Source: Chloroflexota bacterium (GTDB taxonomy: Bacteria; Chloroflexota; UBA11872; VXOZ01). From it: DNA of 64,000 bases. The DNA lies in the NCBI GenBank assembly GCA_965216245.1, contig OZ244145.1, forward strand, positions 2,449,055 through 2,513,054, written 5' to 3'. Positions 59,197 to 64,000 of the stretch are shown here, in pieces. The position numbers were made by a program, and so were the translations under genes. Position 1 is the stretch's first letter; every line of letters begins with the position of its first letter. Under the pieces are notes generated by a model. It did not search any database and was not told where the DNA came from. It saw only the letters and a program-made list of their open reading frames with translations.

Positions 59197-60585
59197 CTAC
59201 TCCCGATGCTCGTCGGGCCGGCGGTCGATAATCTCTTGGAGAATTCGCGCCGATTCGCGCAGGCCTTCAGGCACGGTAAGTTCGCCTCTGAGCGCGCTGT
59301 ACCACGGCTGCTGCAGCGGCCCCCAGGCCTCGTTGAACTCAGGCAGGCGCAGGAAGTTGTGGCCTTCCTCGGCCCACGCCTGGATGGCGTCCTGGACGTT
59401 TGTGCCTTCGAAGCGCGACGCCCACCCGGGGTGGGAGGCGTGCTCGATGATGGAGGGCCAGGACGTCCAGCCAAAGTACTCGGAACCGGTAGCGCCCTCA
59501 TCCGAGCCGAGCCACTTCAGGAAGTCCCACACGGAATCCTGCACTTTGGAAAGACCCATGACGGAGTGGGCGTTGCCGACGACGGTTGCCGTGCCGCGCT
59601 CACCACGGGGTGGCCTGGTCACACTTAGGTTTTCACCCAAGTGCTGCTGGGAGGCGTTGTAGCGAAAGACGCCGTTGAACTCCATGGCGATGTGCCCAAG
59701 CTCCAGAATGCCGATACCGGACCGGCCTGCCAGAAGCTCTCTGACTATCTCGCTCGGCGGTGTGAACTCATGTTTCAGGTGCAGGTCCACGTTGAACTGG
59801 GCGCCGGCGTGCGACTTTGGATCTTCGCCGTAGAGTACCCTGTTGCCGTCTTCGGTCAACTCCTCTCCGCCAAAATTGAGCATGAACGTACTGGCCATGT
59901 AGAAGAGGCTGTTTTGACCGACCCGCACGGCCCAGCGGTTGTCCTCAGGCTTGTGCAGCTTCTGACACATGTCGATCATGTCGTCATAGGTCCACTGCCC
60001 GTCCGGATAATTCAGACCGGCTTCATCGAAGAACTGCTTGTTAAAGAGCACCAACTCGCCGCCGGATTGGGTGGGGATGGCGTACAACTTGCCGGCCCAG
60101 CTCCAGGCTTTGATGTCAGCGGGATAGTAGCGGCTGATGTCGATATTGTCACGCTGCATCAACGGTATGTGGTCGACGAACATGCCGTTGAACCCGCCAA
60201 AGAAGACCCAGTTGACCTGATTCATTGAAATGTCCACGTCGGCCGTGCCGGCGGCAAAGGCTGTCTTCCGCCGGTCCCAGATGCCGCTATACTCACCGGG
60301 AATTACGTTGAACTCGACGTTCAACTCCTCTTCGGCCAGATCGAGCGTGGCCAGGTACGGCGCGTGGCGCCCGTCAGACTCGGTGAAGTACTCATCGATG
60401 TTGATGACGGGTATCACGGCCTCGGGCATGGCCTCTTTGGCCTTGGGCTCCTCAGCCATTTCTTCTGCGGGCGCAGTTGTGGCAGCCGGCATTGCGCCGC
60501 AGGCAGCGAGCGCCAGCACACTAGCCATGCCACCGGCGCCAATGAACAGGCGCCTACGCGTAAGCAAATTCGATCGTGTCTTCAT
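59197..60585 (-). CDS. extracellular solute-binding lipoprotein (ABC SBP family-1-like), no adjacent permease
   Basis: 'LTRRRLFIGAGG...LALAACG' (twin-Arg plus lipobox) and 'GKLYAIPTQSGGELVLFNKQFFDEAGL'. Confidence 0.85.
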   Translation of the reverse strand: MKTRSNLLTRRRLFIGAGGMASVLALAACGAMPAATTAPAEEMAEEPKAKEAMPEAVIPVINIDEYFTESDGRHAPYLATLDLAEEELNVEFNVIPGEYSGIWDRRKTAFAAGTADVDISMNQVNWVFFGGFNGMFVDHIPLMQRDNIDISRYYPADIKAWSWAGKLYAIPTQSGGELVLFNKQFFDEAGLNYPDGQWTYDDMIDMCQKLHKPEDNRWAVRVGQNSLFYMASTFMLNFGGEELTEDGNRVLYGEDPKSHAGAQFNVDLHLKHEFTPPSEIVRELLAGRSGIGILELGHIAMEFNGVFRYNASQQHLGENLSVTRPPRGERGTATVVGNAHSVMGLSKVQDSVWDFLKWLGSDEGATGSEYFGWTSWPSIIEHASHPGWASRFEGTNVQDAIQAWAEEGHNFLRLPEFNEAWGPLQQPWYSALRGELTVPEGLRESARILQEIIDRRPDEHRE

Positions 60586-61021
60586 CGCAAATGACCTCCT
60601 CCGGTCAATGGCGTACGTACACTGTAGCTGTGCGTTGCTAAGCCAACTGAAAACGAGAACGAGGACCGGCTTAGAGCGTCACAGCCCTTGGGAAGCGCTG
60701 ATTGTGTGGCCTCCTTTCGTCAAAATGCTCCAAACACACATCTTATCAATGCTGTATTGTAGCACAGTACCGCAAGAATAACTGTGTCAATAATTCTTTT
60801 TCGGAATCTTACGTGCCATCCTCGTCCGTGAAAGTGCCCGTGCGCGGACATTCGCGTTGGCCGAATGCAATTCTGCCTGCAGATTTGCTTTCGCAAGAGC
60901 TTGGATGAAGGATTGTTGGCGGCCATTGGTTGACAAGGCGTTCGCCAGCGCCTATGTTCTTTGCAAGTACCTCGGATGAGCCATATCGCGTTAAAGGTCC
61001 CACCAAGAGAGAGTCTGTTCT

Positions 61022-62239
61022 ATGGCACGCATGCAGTTCACCGTCCGCGCAGGAAATCACGCAAGGCGGCATTGTCCGGTTTGGGTCGATGGCGAAGGGC
61101 TCGATCCGGCCCGCGACTACGTCGTGGTATCAGACGAGAGCAAGGAAACGCTCCCCGCACAGGCAGTGCAAACCGCAGACGGCCTCCGTCTGGCCTGGAT
61201 TCTGCCCGCGCTTGCCGCTAATGCCAGCCGGTCGTTCACGCTGGAGGAAGGCGCGAAGGGCGGTCTGGATTCCCGCCCCGTATCGAGTACGGGGCAAGCT
61301 TTTCGCGGGAATGACGACGCCGTGACCGTGGCTGACGGCAAGTACGGCCTGGACATTCACCTCAATGGCGAGCTCTTTACCACCTATCACCATGCGGCCA
61401 ATCACAATAAACAGTTTCTCTATCCCGTGATCGGCCCTACGGGCAAAGGTATGACGCGCGGGTACCCCATGGTCTCTGATATTCCCGGCGAGAAACACGA
61501 CCACCCGCACCATAAGTCAATCCACGTCGCGCACGGCGACGTAAACGGCGTGGACCTCTGGAGCGAACTCGACGCCCACGGCTACCAGCGCCACGACTCT
61601 TTTCTCCCTGCCTTTGGTGCGGGTACCGCCTTTGTAAACGGCCCGGTCTGCGGCGCGTTTCGTTCACGCAGCTACTGGGTAAGCCGCAACGAACGGCCCG
61701 TGGTGGCGGAAGAGAAGCGCGTGGTGGCGTACGCCGCTGGGCCGGATGCGCGCATTCTGGACATCGCCGTGACTCTCCACGCCACGGAAGGCCCCGTGCG
61801 CTTTGGCGACACAAAAGAAGGCGCCATGCTCTCCGTGCGGGTAGCCAGCAGCATGGACGCGGATGCGGAGGGAACCATCGAAAACGCGTACGGCGGCAGA
61901 GGCGAAACCGAATGCTTTGGCAACCGCGCCCAGTGGATGGATTACGCGGGGCCCGTGGACGGCAAGACCGTGGGCGTTGCGGTGTTCGACCACCCCTCCA
62001 GCTTTCGCTATCCCACCTACTGGCACATGCGCAATTACGGCTTGATGCATGCAAACCCGTTCGCCTGGCGCGAGTTTCTGGGACACCCCGGCGTGGACGG
62101 CAGCTACGTGCTGCCCGAAGACGCGCGCCTCAATTGCAATTTCCGCGTCTACCTCCACACCGGCGACACACAAGACGCCCACGTCGCAGACCGCTACCAC
62201 GACTTCATCACCCCACCGGTGGTGGAAGTAGAGGGGTAG
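61022..62239 (+). CDS. PmoA-like / DUF6807 family protein
   Basis: 'KQFLYPVIGPTG' and 'DHPHHKSIHVAHGDVNGVDLW'. Confidence 0.65.
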   Translation: MARMQFTVRAGNHARRHCPVWVDGEGLDPARDYVVVSDESKETLPAQAVQTADGLRLAWILPALAANASRSFTLEEGAKGGLDSRPVSSTGQAFRGNDDAVTVADGKYGLDIHLNGELFTTYHHAANHNKQFLYPVIGPTGKGMTRGYPMVSDIPGEKHDHPHHKSIHVAHGDVNGVDLWSELDAHGYQRHDSFLPAFGAGTAFVNGPVCGAFRSRSYWVSRNERPVVAEEKRVVAYAAGPDARILDIAVTLHATEGPVRFGDTKEGAMLSVRVASSMDADAEGTIENAYGGRGETECFGNRAQWMDYAGPVDGKTVGVAVFDHPSSFRYPTYWHMRNYGLMHANPFAWREFLGHPGVDGSYVLPEDARLNCNFRVYLHTGDTQDAHVADRYHDFITPPVVEVEG

Positions 62240-62464
62240 AGCGAGCTTCTACCCGCGTGACGTGCTCCGGGGCGACGGAATGCCCTGCGCGGCAAGCCTA
62301 AGTATTGCTGCAGTACGTAGCGTCATAAGTGCTTTGACCCTCTCTCAGCGTTTGACTATTATGAACTCTGAAGATAAGTACCTATGATGTACACTGCTTC
62401 CATACCCCAATGCAGAAAAGCAGAGAATACAAGCACTCAGTCTGACGGCAAGGACGCACAATAG

Positions 62465-63583
62465 ATGGACTTCATCGACGAAGTACGCACGCGCTCGAGC
62501 AATTTCGCTATGCGAATTGATCACCTCGATACCGAAGAAGCCACCAAGCAAGCGCTCGTATTGCCGTTCATTCAGATGTTGGGCTACGCGATATACGATC
62601 CAACTGAAGTCGTGCCTGAGTTTACCGCTGACGTGGGGACGAAGAAGGGCGAGAAAGTAGACTACGCGATTTTGCAGGACGGGAGGCCTGTGCTCCTCAT
62701 CGAATGCAAGACCTATGGCACTACCCTCAACGAGAAGATCGTCTCTCAGCTACTGCGCTATTTCCATACCACTGAAGCCCGATTCGGAATTCTTACAGAC
62801 GGTATCGTGTATCGATTTTTCTCCGACCTCGATAAAGACAACAAGATGGATCAAGAGCCCTTCTTTGAGTTCAACATTCTCGACTTTACCGAAGCACAGG
62901 TTGATCAGCTAAAGCGTTTTACGAAGGCAGACTTCGACGTGTCCGAGAACGTCAACGCCGCAACAGAACTAAAATACACGACGAAGATCAAACGGATGTT
63001 CGCTCAGGAACTTCACAGTCCCTCAAAGGAGTTTATCCAATTCATCCTTAAGCGCGTGTATAGGGGGAAGGCAACTCAGAAGACACTAGAGCGATTCAAT
63101 TCTCTTGGGCAGCAAGCATTCGCGCAGTTCATCAGCGAACAAGGGTCTGCGCCCCCGGTTATCCCGTCGCCCGTAGAACCTGTCTCTCCTGAACCGATTG
63201 TTCCCGACAGTGAGGAAAAAGAGTGGCAGCCACTACCAACTCTGAAGCCGGCAAAAGGTGCCCTCAAGCCTACAGGCATTCGGTTCCCTGATAGTTCTCA
63301 CCGTCCTATCAAGTATTGGAAAGATATCGCGACAGAAGTTACCGGCTGGCTCGTGCAAAGCAAGACTCTGCATACTGGTTCTTGCCCAATTCAGCGTGCC
63401 GATCTTTACATAGTATCTACTGAGCCTATCCATCCAAGTGGCGATTCGTTCAGGCAACCCCAACAAGTACATTCTGTCTATGTTGAGACCAACTACCGTG
63501 CCTTCAGTCACGTAGAAAATGCTTGCATCATCGTTAAGCATGTCGGTCAGGACCCGGCGCAGTTCGCGGTGTGCTTTGACTGA
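62465..63583 (+). CDS. stand-alone type I restriction enzyme HsdR-N-terminal-like PD-(D/E)xK nuclease domain protein with an uncharacterised C-terminal half
   Basis: 'EEATKQALVLPFIQMLGY', 'KVDYAIL', 'VLLIECK', 'QLLRY' and 'FGILTDGIVYRFF'. AT-richer islet. Confidence 0.6.
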   Translation: MDFIDEVRTRSSNFAMRIDHLDTEEATKQALVLPFIQMLGYAIYDPTEVVPEFTADVGTKKGEKVDYAILQDGRPVLLIECKTYGTTLNEKIVSQLLRYFHTTEARFGILTDGIVYRFFSDLDKDNKMDQEPFFEFNILDFTEAQVDQLKRFTKADFDVSENVNAATELKYTTKIKRMFAQELHSPSKEFIQFILKRVYRGKATQKTLERFNSLGQQAFAQFISEQGSAPPVIPSPVEPVSPEPIVPDSEEKEWQPLPTLKPAKGALKPTGIRFPDSSHRPIKYWKDIATEVTGWLVQSKTLHTGSCPIQRADLYIVSTEPIHPSGDSFRQPQQVHSVYVETNYRAFSHVENACIIVKHVGQDPAQFAVCFD

Positions 63584-63725
63584 CTAGCATTGGCGTCGCG
63601 CCGTTTTCAGAGCGCGTGCGTGGAGCGGAAGGAAGGTAGGAATTATTCGGCCAATTGAAGTTGGACCCCGTGAGGGGTACCGGATATGGCTCCGGTACTC
63701 AGACGGCGCTGCCGGGGAAATCGAT

Positions 63726-63926
63726 TTGTCGCATCTGGCAGGGCGTGGAGTGTTCGAGGCATGGAATGACCGCACCTATTTCGAGACCGTGCACGTTACT
63801 CAGGACGGAGGGATTGCCTGGAGGGACGAGATTGAGCTTTGCCCTGACGCACTTTACATGCGGCTGACCGGTGCAACGGTTTCGGAAGTTATACTGGGTG
63901 CTGATCGCCTCGTCTATGATGTTTGA
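63726..63926 (+). CDS. DUF2442-like protein. The domain appears to begin upstream of the first canonical start codon.
   Basis: 'GIAWRDEIELCPDALY' tail. The same frame is open from 63588 and encodes 'GYRIWLRYSDGAAGEIDL', which looks like the missing N-terminal strands. There is no ATG/GTG/TTG in that stretch. Confidence 0.45.
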   Translation: MSHLAGRGVFEAWNDRTYFETVHVTQDGGIAWRDEIELCPDALYMRLTGATVSEVILGADRLVYDV

Positions 63927-63973
63927 CCGGTATCGCTACTCCTTTGCATCGCCGACTTGCATTGCGTTGTACT

Positions 63974-63998
63974 GGATTCCGGCTTTTGCCGGAATGAC
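63974..63998. repeat. family-1 REP-like hairpin at the right window edge
   Basis: ggattccggcttttgccggaatgac. Confidence 0.8.
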
Positions 63999-64000
63999 GG

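Overview
64-kb segment of a GC-rich bacterial chromosome. Everything here comes from reading the sequence and ORF track by eye: no searches or statistics were run, and all family names are motif-based recollection. Gene content, Tat/lipobox lipoproteins and dense GC-rich REP-like hairpins suggest a Chloroflexota-like aerobe, but that is inference only. About 55 credible protein genes form a housekeeping and metabolic backbone. It includes groEL, copA plus a YHS mini-protein, lipA/lipB, argB, lysC, ctaA, a UbiA-type prenyltransferase, TlpA, a sulfatase, three tandem solute-binding-protein paralogues and two MFS paralogues, plus several TIM-barrel, amidohydrolase and oxidoreductase genes. At least seven short, visibly AT-richer islets carrying conflict/defence-type genes interrupt this backbone. 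(1) An HNH-effector / 76-aa protein / P-loop ATPase operon (ABC-3C-like), cut by the left edge. (2) A type II R-M whose endonuclease is split by an exact 8-bp tandem duplication while its methyltransferase is intact. (3) A second, intact, convergent type II R-M. (4) A PaREP1/HEPN-like two-gene cassette. (5) An AbiTii + GmrSD + MNT/HEPN island wedged between lipA and lipB. (6) A three-gene small/membrane-protein cassette with a frame break at a (GA)4 tract. (7) A stand-alone HsdR-N-like PD-(D/E)xK nuclease plus a DUF2442-like ORF. Two families of REP-like hairpin repeats fill convergent intergenic regions, and one copy sits in frame inside copA. I recognised no rRNA, tRNA, CRISPR array, transposase or integrase.
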